Program-made: the position numbers and the translations under genes
The notes under the pieces: generated by a model
Databases searched by the model: none
The model's input: the letters and a program-made list of their open reading frames with translations, nothing else
Told to the model about the DNA's origin: nothing
IMG/VR virus record: IMGVR_UViG_3300021255_003284
Span: 1-64,000 of that record
Reading direction: 5' to 3' (one strand)
From: a virus
Taxonomy: Duplodnaviria > Caudoviricetes
Length of the DNA: 64,000 nucleotides
In this document: positions 16,895-26,377 of the stretch, piece after piece
How the letters are laid out: each line of letters opens with the position of its first letter
Position numbering within the stretch: the first letter of the stretch is position 1

Positions 16895-18081
16895 TCTATC
16901 TCGACCACGCCGCGACGACGCCTCTTGAGGAGCCGGTTTTCGCGGCCATGTTCCCGTACCTGCGCTACAATTTCGGCAACCCGGGTTCGCTACACACCTA
17001 CGGCCGGGCCGCTAAACAAGCCGTCGACGCGGCGCGCGAATATGTCGCAGCGTTTTTCCACACGACGCCCGAGCACATCATCTTCACATCCGGCGGCTCC
17101 GAGGCCAGTTCGCTGGCCTTTGCCCAGATCGGCGGCATCCGCAGCCCGGGTTCGCCCGGTTCGCCCCGCGCGGTCATTACGTCTCTGGCCGAGCACGACT
17201 CGGTCATCCGCGCCGCGATCGCCGCCCGGGCTGACAAACGATACGACCTGATATCGTTCATCGCGCCGGGCTCTGACGGAGCCGTCACACTCGGCGGGTT
17301 TTTGGACGCCGTTGAGCGAATCGGACACGACCCGGTTTTCGTCTCCTTGATGTACGTTAACAACGAGATCGGCTCGGTTTCCGACATCCCGGCGATCGCG
17401 GCGTACTGTCACGAACACGGCATCACGCTGCACGTCGACTGCGTGCAGGCCGCCGGGTTTCTCGATCTGGATTCGTCCGCAATCCCGTTCGATTACGCGT
17501 CTGTCTCGGCGCATAAGATCGGCGGGCCGAAGGGGATCGGCTGCCTTTACCGGCGTGATACCGGCCCGCTGACGCCCATCGTGTACGGCGGCGGTCAGGA
17601 ATTCGGCGTCCGCGGTGGGACGGAAAACGTCCCAGCCATCGTCGGATTTGGCGCGGCCTGCCGGTGTGCGCTCGAAAACCTGTCAGAGCGAGCCAGCACG
17701 GCGTCAAAGCGCATGCTGGGTTTTTACGAAACGCTCGTCCGGATGATGGACGGGTATCAGATCGGCGACATCCTGCACGTCAACGGCGCGCCGCCCGACA
17801 AGTCGCCGGGCAAGATCCTCTCTCTCCGGTTCGACGGGCTCGACGCCGAGTCGCTCCTGCTCATGCTCGACGCGAACGGCGTATGCTGTTCGGCCGGTTC
17901 TGCCTGCCACGCGCACGAGCACAAGCCCAGCCGCGTCCTGACGGCACTCGGTTATCCGGACGATCAGGTGATGTCTTCTATCCGGTTTTCGTTCTCGCAC
18001 ACGACCACCGAGCAGGAAGTCGTCGAAGCCGCGCAGACCACGGCCCGCTGCGCGTGGATGCTTCGCGGAAAAAACTTTTGA
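16891..18081 (+). CDS. iscS: cysteine desulfurase (NifS/IscS group I)
   Basis: YLDHAATTP, FGNPGS, FTSGGSEA, HVDCVQA, SAHKIGGPKGIG (PLP Lys), GGTEN, SAGSAC. Confidence 0.93.
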   Translation: MIYLDHAATTPLEEPVFAAMFPYLRYNFGNPGSLHTYGRAAKQAVDAAREYVAAFFHTTPEHIIFTSGGSEASSLAFAQIGGIRSPGSPGSPRAVITSLAEHDSVIRAAIAARADKRYDLISFIAPGSDGAVTLGGFLDAVERIGHDPVFVSLMYVNNEIGSVSDIPAIAAYCHEHGITLHVDCVQAAGFLDLDSSAIPFDYASVSAHKIGGPKGIGCLYRRDTGPLTPIVYGGGQEFGVRGGTENVPAIVGFGAACRCALENLSERASTASKRMLGFYETLVRMMDGYQIGDILHVNGAPPDKSPGKILSLRFDGLDAESLLLMLDANGVCCSAGSACHAHEHKPSRVLTALGYPDDQVMSSIRFSFSHTTTEQEVVEAAQTTARCAWMLRGKNF

Positions 18082-18106
18082 CTGCCAGTTTCCCATGTGA
18101 TACAAT
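18078..18106 (+). promoter_or_regulatory. sigma-A/70 promoter with extended -10
   Basis: TTGACT-17 bp-TACAAT with upstream TG. Confidence 0.75.
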
Positions 18107-18128
18107 ATATACAAAGAACTATTGAGAG

Positions 18129-18566
18129 GTGTTGTTTGTGCCAAACGTCGATGACCTGCCTGATTTTTATGGCAAACTGATCGATACACAGGGACGTATA
18201 TTAGACACGTCCGGTGAGCCGCTCGAGGGTTTTGTCGTTGCCATTAGAGAGATGCTGAACAGAAAATCCGGCAAGAGATACCGTATGGTTCCGAACATGG
18301 AAAAAGGGAAGCGGCTTGCAAAAACGGCTTTGCTCTGCCGCGACGTCGTACATGCTCTGGGTGGCACCACGCGTATTGACGTTGACGATACGTTGGGAAC
18401 TGCCAACATCCAAATACGGGCAAAATCGATCGAAGTCAGTGATGTCAGGGCTTTCGTTGCAGCGATTGACGGTGCGCATGTTGTATCGGTTTTCAAACAC
18501 ACAGACGGTACGGTCGCGCTTGATGTAGGGTTCAATGGCATATACACAAGGGAGGAGATCGAGTGA
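18129..18566 (+). CDS. hypothetical protein
   Basis: ORF after promoter; lower GC. Confidence 0.7.
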   Translation: MLFVPNVDDLPDFYGKLIDTQGRILDTSGEPLEGFVVAIREMLNRKSGKRYRMVPNMEKGKRLAKTALLCRDVVHALGGTTRIDVDDTLGTANIQIRAKSIEVSDVRAFVAAIDGAHVVSVFKHTDGTVALDVGFNGIYTREEIE

Positions 18567-18907
18567 CAGGAATCCACTTGTACGACGCGGTTGACATGGC
18601 GATATCAGACTACGCAGAACGTAAGAATGTCAGAACGATGCCGCTTCACATCGCCGCAGTTCGGCATGTGTGCAGCGAGCTTGAGACGGAATGCGGAATC
18701 GAGATCGAGGACGATGTACGGTCGTTCACCGCATCCGTTGACGAGGAGACTGGCGTTCTTTCGCTGTCTGTTGTAGCGGATGCTGAGATCGTCGTCAGGT
18801 CTGATGGCGAGTGTGATGTGTTGAAGTATTGCTCAGCTTTCGCGATTTCTGGAATACCGGACGGCGTTGTTCTGACGCTACGTTTTGATGGGATTTTCGA
18901 TATGTGA
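18563..18907 (+). CDS. hypothetical protein
   Basis: GGAGGAG SD, translationally coupled. Confidence 0.7.
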   Translation: MTGIHLYDAVDMAISDYAERKNVRTMPLHIAAVRHVCSELETECGIEIEDDVRSFTASVDEETGVLSLSVVADAEIVVRSDGECDVLKYCSAFAISGIPDGVVLTLRFDGIFDM

Positions 18908-19185
18908 TGATTCTGGCTGGCCACGTTTTAACAGTTCTGTGCATGAAGGAGATGGTTTTTTTGAACAGCGCAAGACGCGGTAAGCTCCGGACGGCGGTCT
19001 CCAACATAGAACTGGCGATCAATATTGTGCGGAGCGCATCCCTTGAAGAGCAGTTCGCATTGGACGGCCTTCCTGACGGAATACGCGATGCGAAGGAAAA
19101 CGACTTCGAGGAACGTATCGATCACATGGACGACGCAGAGTCGCTGCTTGAGGAAGCGGCTAGCCACCTCCGCGCCGTAATCTGA
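18904..19185 (+). CDS. hypothetical helical protein (true start probably about 18961)
   Basis: ORF; AAGGAG SD near 18946. Confidence 0.6.
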   Translation: MMILAGHVLTVLCMKEMVFLNSARRGKLRTAVSNIELAINIVRSASLEEQFALDGLPDGIRDAKENDFEERIDHMDDAESLLEEAASHLRAVI

Positions 19186-19197
19186 GGAGGTTTTTCA

Positions 19198-20028
19198 TTG
19201 GGCAGCGTCCTGATCCTGTTCGTCATCCTGTTTGGTTCCCTGTATTACATCGTGACTTCCGGTTTCAAAAAGGTCGAGACCGGCACGCAAAATGTCGCCG
19301 ATCGCCTGCGCGCGCTTCAGGTCAAAGAGCGCTATCCAAGGTTTTTCGCCGAGCGCGTCAACGACAGCGTCGAGGCCGAGGTAAACGCGATCCTCGACAG
19401 GGCTGAGCGCGCCAAGGCCGGGCGCTCGCCCGAAGGTGAGGCGGAAGCGGACAATGACGCACTCAATGAGTGTGTCGGGTTCGTCCGCTCCGTCGTCTCG
19501 TCGATCGACGCGGACGAGTCGCTCAAAAGCGCCGCGCCTGAAAGGCTTTTCGAGGAGGGCTTTATGCCGCGCCGCACGATAGCCCGGATTATGCTCGCCG
19601 ACCGCGGGTTTGTGCCGCGCGAGGAGGCGGTATTGGGGACGGCGAACTTCGTTACCTATATGTGGACGACGAAGGCGGTCCCGCAGGAGCGCCGCGACGC
19701 GGACCATGCCAGGTTTTTGTTCAAACACGAGCTCGCCGTCTGGATGGATATAAGGCTCCAGTCCTTTGGCTGCGAGCCGATGGTGTTCGCCTCGCGCGGC
19801 GGCGAGTTTACCGACGCCAATGGGAATAAGTTTTATCGCACGCCGAACTGGGAGAGCCGCCTGCTATTCGCCCATCCATACGTCATCGTGCCTCTCAAAG
19901 ACCTCGATATAAGCACGATCGAAATGACGAACGGCTGCTGGTATCACTGGCGGACGAATCTCGACGCGCTCCAAAATGGCGTCGCCGGCGTGCAAAAATC
20001 CTATAACACCGTGATACCGCTGTTCTGA
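19198..20028 (+). CDS. membrane-anchored hypothetical protein
   Basis: N-terminal TM helix, GAGGAGG SD. Confidence 0.75.
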   Translation: MGSVLILFVILFGSLYYIVTSGFKKVETGTQNVADRLRALQVKERYPRFFAERVNDSVEAEVNAILDRAERAKAGRSPEGEAEADNDALNECVGFVRSVVSSIDADESLKSAAPERLFEEGFMPRRTIARIMLADRGFVPREEAVLGTANFVTYMWTTKAVPQERRDADHARFLFKHELAVWMDIRLQSFGCEPMVFASRGGEFTDANGNKFYRTPNWESRLLFAHPYVIVPLKDLDISTIEMTNGCWYHWRTNLDALQNGVAGVQKSYNTVIPLF

Positions 20029-20118
20029 CGCGGCCCGGTCTTTCATATAAACTATACAATTCAGAACTTCTTAAAACGCTCGTATTTACGAACTTTTAAG
20101 AAGTTTTTCCAAACTTCC

Positions 20119-20147
20119 TTGATATTTAGGTACTTTTGCCGTAAACT
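20119..20147 (+). promoter_or_regulatory. putative sigma-A promoter
   Basis: TTGATA-17 bp-TAAACT in AT-rich intergenic DNA. Confidence 0.5.
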
Positions 20148-20195
20148 TTTCCTGTCACAAAGCAAAGCGGTTTTTCAAAAACAAGGAGGCTCAAT

Positions 20196-20522
20196 ATGCT
20201 CAAACTGTCACTCGGAGAATTCAGGACGCGGCTCAACGCAATGGCCGACCGAACGTTTGTCTACGACTCGCGGAATCAGCCGGACGGCCGTACCGGTCAC
20301 CTCGTTTCGACAAGGTACGACACCGCCCAGCTCTTCCTCAAACCCGACAGTGTCTGCTTCAAAAACGACAACGGGTTTTTCTGCCTGCGCAATCCGCGCT
20401 GGGCTTCCATCGACGAGTCCGAACCGGCCGTCGGCACGATCATCACGATCGGCTGCGCCGACGCGCCAGGCTCCGGCGACGAGACGACGTACGTCTTCCT
20501 CGCCGACAAAAGGCCGGCGTAA
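20196..20522 (+). CDS. hypothetical protein
   Basis: AAGGAGG SD. Confidence 0.75.
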   Translation: MLKLSLGEFRTRLNAMADRTFVYDSRNQPDGRTGHLVSTRYDTAQLFLKPDSVCFKNDNGFFCLRNPRWASIDESEPAVGTIITIGCADAPGSGDETTYVFLADKRPA

Positions 20523-20540
20523 ATTTACATTGGATTTAGC

Positions 20541-20569
20541 TTGACAACTGGTCATCCGCGCTGTATAAT
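20541..20569 (+). promoter_or_regulatory. perfect consensus sigma-A promoter
   Basis: TTGACA-17 bp-TATAAT. Confidence 0.9.
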
Positions 20570-20620
20570 GGGCATACAGGCCGGCGATTATGAAGCCCGG
20601 CGCAAAAGGAGCGTGCTCAT

Positions 20621-21562
20621 ATGTACAACACCGACGTCAAATCGCGGTTTATCCAGTCGTACAGTACGAGCCTGACGGTCAGGCGCGCCTGCATCTCGCT
20701 GTTCAACGCGCTCCAGCGCTACGAGGAGGCGTGGGGCGCTGACCTGTGCACCCGTTCATCCGAGGTTCTTCAGCCCATCATCGACAAATACGTCGGCATT
20801 CGCGACAACGCGCGCGGCATCAGCGTTTCGATCATCAAGGCGTACATCAAGTGGTGTGTCGACAACGGCGTTCCCGGCGCGGTCGACGGGCTTTCCGGCG
20901 TGGTTTTTGACTTCGTGCCAAAGATCCGCAGCCAGATGCTCGCCAACCCGACGCACCTCAAAAAGTGCCTCGACGAAACGTTCAACCCGGAATCTGACGG
21001 CGCGACCGACATGCTCCTTCGGTGCTTCTGCTATCTGGCGTACATGGGTCTGCCGGAAAACGAGATCCTGCCGCTGCGCGTATCCGATATAGACTGGCAC
21101 AATATGGTCGTCCATACCGGCGGCGAAGAGTATCAGATCGTCCGCGAAGCCGTTCCGACGCTGCGCTTCTGCGCGAACAGTCCGATCCTCAAGCTCAAGC
21201 ATCCGCATTACGAGACGACCGTCGAACGCACGGTTTCCGACGCCCTGATGCGCGGCGGCCACGGCGTCGTCACGCTCAGCGCGCTGCGCGTCAGCCTGTC
21301 CAGAGCCACGGCGATGGCCGTATCGCTCGGCCAGTGCGGCGTGTCGCTCAGTTATGGGAGGCTCTGGCTTTCCGGGTTTTTCTACCGGGCTTACCAGCAA
21401 GAGATATCCGGTTTTCCGCCTGACTTCGAGTCGGCCGCGACCGATCGAGCCATGCCGTCCGGACCGGAGATGGACGACGGTACGGCCAGAGCAAAGATCA
21501 AACGCGCGGCGAGGGATTTTGAGCGCGACTACGAACAATGGAAGCGGGCGTTCTACGCCTAA
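20621..21562 (+). CDS. tyrosine-recombinase-fold protein, MrpR-like lytic-cycle repressor candidate
   Basis: SAM-like N-terminal region plus LAYMGLPENEILPLRVSDID (Int box I-like, lacking the catalytic Arg); no HxxR; own strong promoter. Confidence 0.55.
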   Translation: MYNTDVKSRFIQSYSTSLTVRRACISLFNALQRYEEAWGADLCTRSSEVLQPIIDKYVGIRDNARGISVSIIKAYIKWCVDNGVPGAVDGLSGVVFDFVPKIRSQMLANPTHLKKCLDETFNPESDGATDMLLRCFCYLAYMGLPENEILPLRVSDIDWHNMVVHTGGEEYQIVREAVPTLRFCANSPILKLKHPHYETTVERTVSDALMRGGHGVVTLSALRVSLSRATAMAVSLGQCGVSLSYGRLWLSGFFYRAYQQEISGFPPDFESAATDRAMPSGPEMDDGTARAKIKRAARDFERDYEQWKRAFYA

Positions 21563-21589
21563 CAAAGCATAAAGGAGGGGGCATGGTAT

Positions 21590-22873
21590 CTTATCGTTCA
21601 TATCTGTGACGCCATCATGGGCAGCGGTAAGACATCCGCCGCCATCCAGTACATAAACGCCCACCCGGATGGGCGTTTTATCTATGTGACGCCGTACCTC
21701 GACGAGGTTTCCCGCATCCGGGAGGCCTGCCCGTCGGCCGGGTTTATCGAACCGTCCAACTCCATCGCCGCGTTTCACCACAGAAAGAGCGAGCACCTGA
21801 TCGCGCTCATGCGCAGCGGCCACAACATCGTGACGACGCACGCCTCGTTTTCGAGGGTCGACGATGCGACGCTCGGCGCGATACGTGACGGGCGCTACAC
21901 GCTCATCGTCGATGAGGACGTCGACATGGTCGAGGCGACGTCGATCGCGCCGGAAGACATGCGCGCGGCGGTCGGAGCCGGGTACATCGCCGAGGACGGC
22001 GGAGTTTTCACCCGCACGGGCGAGCCGTACGCCGGCAGCGTGTTCTCCGGTCTGCTTTCAAAGCTCGATTACGGCGAGGTCATACGCTACGACGATGAAA
22101 CGGGCGAGCTTTTCTGCTGGACGCTTTCCAGCGCGCTCATCTCGTCGTTCGACACGGTGTTCATTCTGACATACCTCTTTGAAGGTCAGGTTTTTTGCCA
22201 GTATCTGCGCGCAAACGGTGTCTCGTTCGATTACATCGGCGTCGCCCGATCCGAGTCCGACGGTTTTTTATTCTCATTTGAACCGCCCGTACCGACGCCG
22301 ATCCCACAGCTCCGGTCGCTCGTCGATATCCTCGACCGGCCCAAGCTCAACGAGATCGGCGATCATCGCGCGGCGCTTTCCATCCAGTGGTTCAGACGTC
22401 ACAGCGCGCGGTCCGATCAGATCGCCGAGCTCAAGCGCAACCTGACCAACCTGTACAAAAACATATACATCTGTCCCCAGGCGCAGCGGCTGTGCGGCAT
22501 GTGCAGCGAGGCGGCTAAAAAGGCTGGCGGGGCAGGGTATACGCGCTCGATCATCGCGTTCAACATCAAGGCGACAAATAAATACGCGCATTGCACGCAC
22601 CTGGCCTACGTGGCCAACGTCTTCCTTAACCCCAACGTCAGCGCGTTCCTGCGCGGCCGGGGTTTTCCGGTCGACGAGGATGTGTACGCCCTGTCGGTGA
22701 TGATCCAGTGGATCTGGCGCTCGGCCATCCGCAACGGCCAGCCGATCCATATCTACGTCCCGTCAAGGCGCATGCGCGAGCTTCTCGTCGACTGGATCGA
22801 CTCGGTGTCGACTGGCGAGGATTTCTCGTCCATCCGTTCGCAGAGGCGTCTCGGTTTGAGGCCGGCCGCGTGA
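21590..22873 (+). CDS. SF2 helicase-like P-loop protein (start uncertain)
   Basis: DAIMGSGKT, LIVDE, IQWIWRSAIRNG. Confidence 0.75.
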   Translation, partial: LIVHICDAIMGSGKTSAAIQYINAHPDGRFIYVTPYLDEVSRIREACPSAGFIEPSNSIAAFHHRKSEHLIALMRSGHNIVTTHASFSRVDDATLGAIRDGRYTLIVDEDVDMVEATSIAPEDMRAAVGAGYIAEDGGVFTRTGEPYAGSVFSGLLSKLDYGEVIRYDDETGELFCWTLSSALISSFDTVFILTYLFEGQVFCQYLRANGVSFDYIGVARSESDGFLFSFEPPVPTPIPQLRSLVDILDRPKLNEIGDHRAALSIQWFRRHSARSDQIAELKRNLTNLYKNIYICPQAQRLCGMCSEAAKKAGGAGYTRSIIAFNIKATNKYAHCTHLAYVANVFLNPNVSAFLRGRGFPVDEDVYALSVMIQWIWRSAIRNGQPIHIYVPSRRMRELLVDWIDSVSTGEDFSSIRSQRRLGLRPAA

Positions 22874-22934
22874 CACGGTTCCAGCCCGTTTCGCCAGACG
22901 GGTTTTTATATACACACTATTTGGATCAGAAAGG

Positions 22935-23189
22935 GTGATATCCATGTCTCATCTCGTCAATCTTCGCTACGACGTCCCGGCCGCGTATCGCTGCGGCGTC
23001 CACGACCACCCGCAAATGCAGATGAACAAGCTCGGTATTGCCGTCACCAAATCCGAGCCGGTTTCGATCGCCGACTGCTGGTGGTTCCGGGCAGACCTGC
23101 GGCCGCAGCAGATGCCGCTGCCCGAGTATCTGGATTTTCTTCCCGACAGCTTCCGGTTTTCAGATGAAAGGATCCCGCTCAGAGCATGA
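22935..23189 (+). CDS. hypothetical protein
   Basis: ORF with SD. Confidence 0.6.
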   Translation: MISMSHLVNLRYDVPAAYRCGVHDHPQMQMNKLGIAVTKSEPVSIADCWWFRADLRPQQMPLPEYLDFLPDSFRFSDERIPLRA

Positions 23190-23398
23190 AGAAGCTCAAA
23201 GCGGAACTCAAGCTCGACGATGTCCTCGCCTCGATCCGGGCCTACTGCATGCTCTGTTCCGGCGGCTGCAGGAAAGAGGTGGAGCACTGTCATATCAAAA
23301 ACTGCCCGCTCTTTCCGTACCGCTGCGTCAGCGCGGTTTCCGAGCGTCTGAACGCGACAGAGCCCGGCCAGATCTCGGTTTTTGACATCGTCAGGTAA
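23186..23398 (+). CDS. small Cys-rich protein
   Basis: CxxC..C..CPLFPYR. Confidence 0.7.
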   Translation: MKKLKAELKLDDVLASIRAYCMLCSGGCRKEVEHCHIKNCPLFPYRCVSAVSERLNATEPGQISVFDIVR

Positions 23399-23418
23399 CG
23401 CGCTTCTCAAACCCGCCC

Positions 23419-23835
23419 GTGGCGAAGGGCGGGTTTTGTCCGGTATTTTACTTCGATTCGACACGACACAAGGAGGCCATCATATTGGCGTACGATTTTG
23501 ACAAACTTTACAAGGCCGCGACCGTGTGCTACGGCTCCAAAGACCTCAACTGCCCCGACTGCCCCTACGGCGCAGACAACTGCGATCAGTTCGACGCGGA
23601 CATGCTGTCCCTGATGAACGCGCTCAAGGAAAAGCCGCAGCCCCACTGCGAGCTGAAGCCGTCTGACGCTTTCGACATCCTCACCGCCCTGTTCAATGTG
23701 CGGGGTAGGCTCGATACGCTCTGGACGCTCGAGAAGGATGAATTGCACGCCCTCGCCATCGAGGAATGCGTGTCTGAGTTCGACGTGATTCTCGATAAAT
23801 TTCGCGGTATTTTCCGCGTTTGGGAGGATTCATGA
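23419..23835 (+). CDS. hypothetical Cys-rich protein (true start probably about 23485)
   Basis: CPDCPY; AAGGAGG at 23470. Confidence 0.6.
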   Translation: MAKGGFCPVFYFDSTRHKEAIILAYDFDKLYKAATVCYGSKDLNCPDCPYGADNCDQFDADMLSLMNALKEKPQPHCELKPSDAFDILTALFNVRGRLDTLWTLEKDELHALAIEECVSEFDVILDKFRGIFRVWEDS

Positions 23836-24545
23836 CAGACACTCAAGCTCCGCTCAATCTCTATCAGAAACTGGCAAAGATCCGGGCCATGTCCGATGTC
23901 GTCTCGCGGGACAAGCGCGGATACAACTACACCTATGCCGACATCACGGCCATCCTGGCCAACATCACGGCCGGCATGAAAAAGTACGGGGTTTCCCTAA
24001 TCCCGAACGTCGTCCCGGGCACGGCCAACGTCTCTCCAAACGTCACCGTCAACACCAAGTTCGACAAGACGGGCAAGACGTACGATCAAACCGTCACGGA
24101 AATGCTCGTGTCTGCCCAGATGATCTTCCGCTGGATCAACGACGAAGCGCCCGACGAGTTCATCGAGGTACCGTGGTTCATCACCGGCTCCCAGCAGGAT
24201 CCCAGTCAGGCTTTTGGCTCGGCGCTCACGTACTGCACCCGGTATTTCCTCACCAATTACTTCCAGATCGCCCAGGCTGACAGCGACGTCGACGCCTATC
24301 GATCCAAGCAGAAGGCGGCCGAGGCGTCTGAGGAGAAAGCTGTCGCCGAGGGGATCATCGCCGAGTTCGACACGATGCTGCGCCAGTTCCTCGCCGACCA
24401 TCCGGACAGGAACGACGACGCGAAGAAATTCATTTCGCGTTTTGCAAAAAACGCAAACTACACCGCCATCAAGGAGCCCGCGCTGGCATCCAAACTGGTG
24501 ACCGACTTCAAGGCCGCGTTCATCGAGGGCGGCGAGACCAAATAA
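23832..24545 (+). CDS. ERF-family single-strand annealing protein
   Basis: LYQKL..GYNYTYA..QDPSQAFGSALTYCTRYFL..DVD. Confidence 0.85.
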   Translation: MTDTQAPLNLYQKLAKIRAMSDVVSRDKRGYNYTYADITAILANITAGMKKYGVSLIPNVVPGTANVSPNVTVNTKFDKTGKTYDQTVTEMLVSAQMIFRWINDEAPDEFIEVPWFITGSQQDPSQAFGSALTYCTRYFLTNYFQIAQADSDVDAYRSKQKAAEASEEKAVAEGIIAEFDTMLRQFLADHPDRNDDAKKFISRFAKNANYTAIKEPALASKLVTDFKAAFIEGGETK

Positions 24546-24593
24546 TGTATACGGTTTTGCATAATTATTCGACATATCAGGAGGGTTTTGCTT

Positions 24594-24974
24594 ATGGGTT
24601 TTCGCTCTAACACTTGGTGCAAGATATGGAGTGTCAAGCCGATCTCCAACACGCTGACCAGCGCGCGCATCTCGATCAGCCGCAAGAACCGTCAGACCGA
24701 CCAGTACGAACAGGACTTCGGCGGCTACGTGTCGTTCGTCGGCACGGCCTGCGCCGCGAAGGCGCTCCGCCTCAGGGAAGGTGACCGCGTCAAGCTCGGC
24801 GACGTCGACGTCACCAACCGCTACGACAAGGAAAAGAACACGACCTATACCAACTTCAATATCTTTTCGTTCGAGGTCGACGGCGAAGAGGCGCAGCGCC
24901 CGGCCGAGGTCGAGTCCAATCCGACCGAGGGCTTTATTCCTGAACCCGATACGGACGATCTCCCTTTTGATTGA
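24594..24974 (+). CDS. ssb: single-stranded DNA-binding protein
   Basis: OB-like pattern with acidic tail DDLPFD. Confidence 0.8.
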   Translation: MGFRSNTWCKIWSVKPISNTLTSARISISRKNRQTDQYEQDFGGYVSFVGTACAAKALRLREGDRVKLGDVDVTNRYDKEKNTTYTNFNIFSFEVDGEEAQRPAEVESNPTEGFIPEPDTDDLPFD

Positions 24975-25013
24975 CTGGTTAGCCTTCCAGAGCAAAAAAA
25001 GGCACGGAGGTTT

Positions 25014-25571
25014 ATGGAACAGTGGAAAGATATACCGGGATATGAAGAATTGTATCAGGCGTCAACATATGGTCGTATCAGAACATGCGAGGGAAAGGTG
25101 ACAAGCAACGCTCGCTATCCGCGCCGCGTGTGGAAACAGCGAATAATGAAGCAAAAATACCAAGAACGAAAGACAGGGACAGGGTTTGACGCCAAAGTCA
25201 CACTCTGGAAAGATGGCCGCGAACATACCTATCTTGTTTCCAGACTTATTGCTTTAACATGGTGTGATGGTTTTTCTGAAGAAATGACAGTAAATCATAT
25301 CGATGGCAATCCGATGAACAACCACTCAGACAATCTTGAGTGGGTTACGCGCGCCGAAAACATTCGTAAGTCTTTTGATAATATGTCACACGGAGCACAA
25401 ACACCCACTTCACTGATCGACCAAGGTGGTCAGATACTGTCATTTCCTTCAATGTCCAGCGCCAGCAGGTATCTTGGTAAGAATAGTCACTATATTTCTG
25501 GCTTACTTGCAAGAGGTATAACATACTTAAGCAACGGATATACGATTGTTACAGCGGAGACTTCCTTCTGA
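25014..25571 (+). CDS. NUMOD4-HNH homing endonuclease (free-standing)
   Basis: EQWKDIPGYEELYQASTYGRIR; VNHIDGNPMNNHSDNLEWVT; lower GC. Confidence 0.9.
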   Translation: MEQWKDIPGYEELYQASTYGRIRTCEGKVTSNARYPRRVWKQRIMKQKYQERKTGTGFDAKVTLWKDGREHTYLVSRLIALTWCDGFSEEMTVNHIDGNPMNNHSDNLEWVTRAENIRKSFDNMSHGAQTPTSLIDQGGQILSFPSMSSASRYLGKNSHYISGLLARGITYLSNGYTIVTAETSF

Positions 25572-26353
25572 TGGGCGAGGTTTCCTATCGGCCTCTGATC
25601 GATGACATGGTTTTTTCCTACAGCCGCCTCGAGTGCTTCGAGGATTGCCCTTATAAGTGGTTTTTGAAGTACATCGGCGGCTATAGGGAATCCGGACGCT
25701 TCTATTCTTCCTACGGCTCGCTGATGCACAGCCTCATCCAGCGCTACTACCTCGGGCTTTTGAAGGTCGACGAGCTCCCGGTCGCGTTTCTGACCGAGTT
25801 TTCCTCGTCCGTCGAGGGCGACAGGCCGTCCGATCAGATCGTCGAGAAGTACGTCTCGGCCGGGCTTTCGTATTTCAGATCGTTCAAACCATTCCCGTAC
25901 GAGACGATCGGCACCGAGGTCGAGCTGCGGTTTTCGATATCCGGCGTTCCGTTTGTCGGGTTTGTCGACTATCTCGGCAAAACCGACGGCGGGCTCGTCA
26001 TCGTCGATCACAAGTCGAGAGACGTAAGGCCCCGGTCAAACCGCAAAAAACCGACGGAAAACGACAGGACACTCGATAAGATGCTCCGTCAGCTTTACCT
26101 CTACGCCGAGGGCGTTCGGCAGATTTATAGGGAACAAATCAAGCTTCTGTGCTTCAATTTGTTCCGTACAAATTCGTTTATAGCCGAGCCGTTTTCCCAA
26201 ACCGCGTCCGACGAGGCGATCTCCTGGGCGCTCAGGACTGTTGAGGAGATCAAAGCCTGCGAGGATTTTTATCCAAACATCGACTATTTCCCGTGCCGCT
26301 GGCTGTGCGGGGTTTCCGAACAATGCCTCTTCACCGGCGGCAAAGAGGCGTGA
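25571..26353 (+). CDS. PD-(D/E)xK RecB/Cas4-like exonuclease
   Basis: SYSRL..CP; GFVDY..IVDHKS; QLYLY; C-terminal CxxC..C. Confidence 0.85.
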   Translation: MGEVSYRPLIDDMVFSYSRLECFEDCPYKWFLKYIGGYRESGRFYSSYGSLMHSLIQRYYLGLLKVDELPVAFLTEFSSSVEGDRPSDQIVEKYVSAGLSYFRSFKPFPYETIGTEVELRFSISGVPFVGFVDYLGKTDGGLVIVDHKSRDVRPRSNRKKPTENDRTLDKMLRQLYLYAEGVRQIYREQIKLLCFNLFRTNSFIAEPFSQTASDEAISWALRTVEEIKACEDFYPNIDYFPCRWLCGVSEQCLFTGGKEA

Positions 26354-26377
26354 CGACGACAAAAAGGATGGTGGTTT

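Noticed and set aside
16891-18081. DndA of a phosphorothioation system
   Set aside because: No dndBCDE or ssp genes recognisable in the window
25571-26353. Cas4 of a CRISPR system
   Set aside because: Sits in the ERF-SSB-DnaB recombination/replication module; no array or other cas genes
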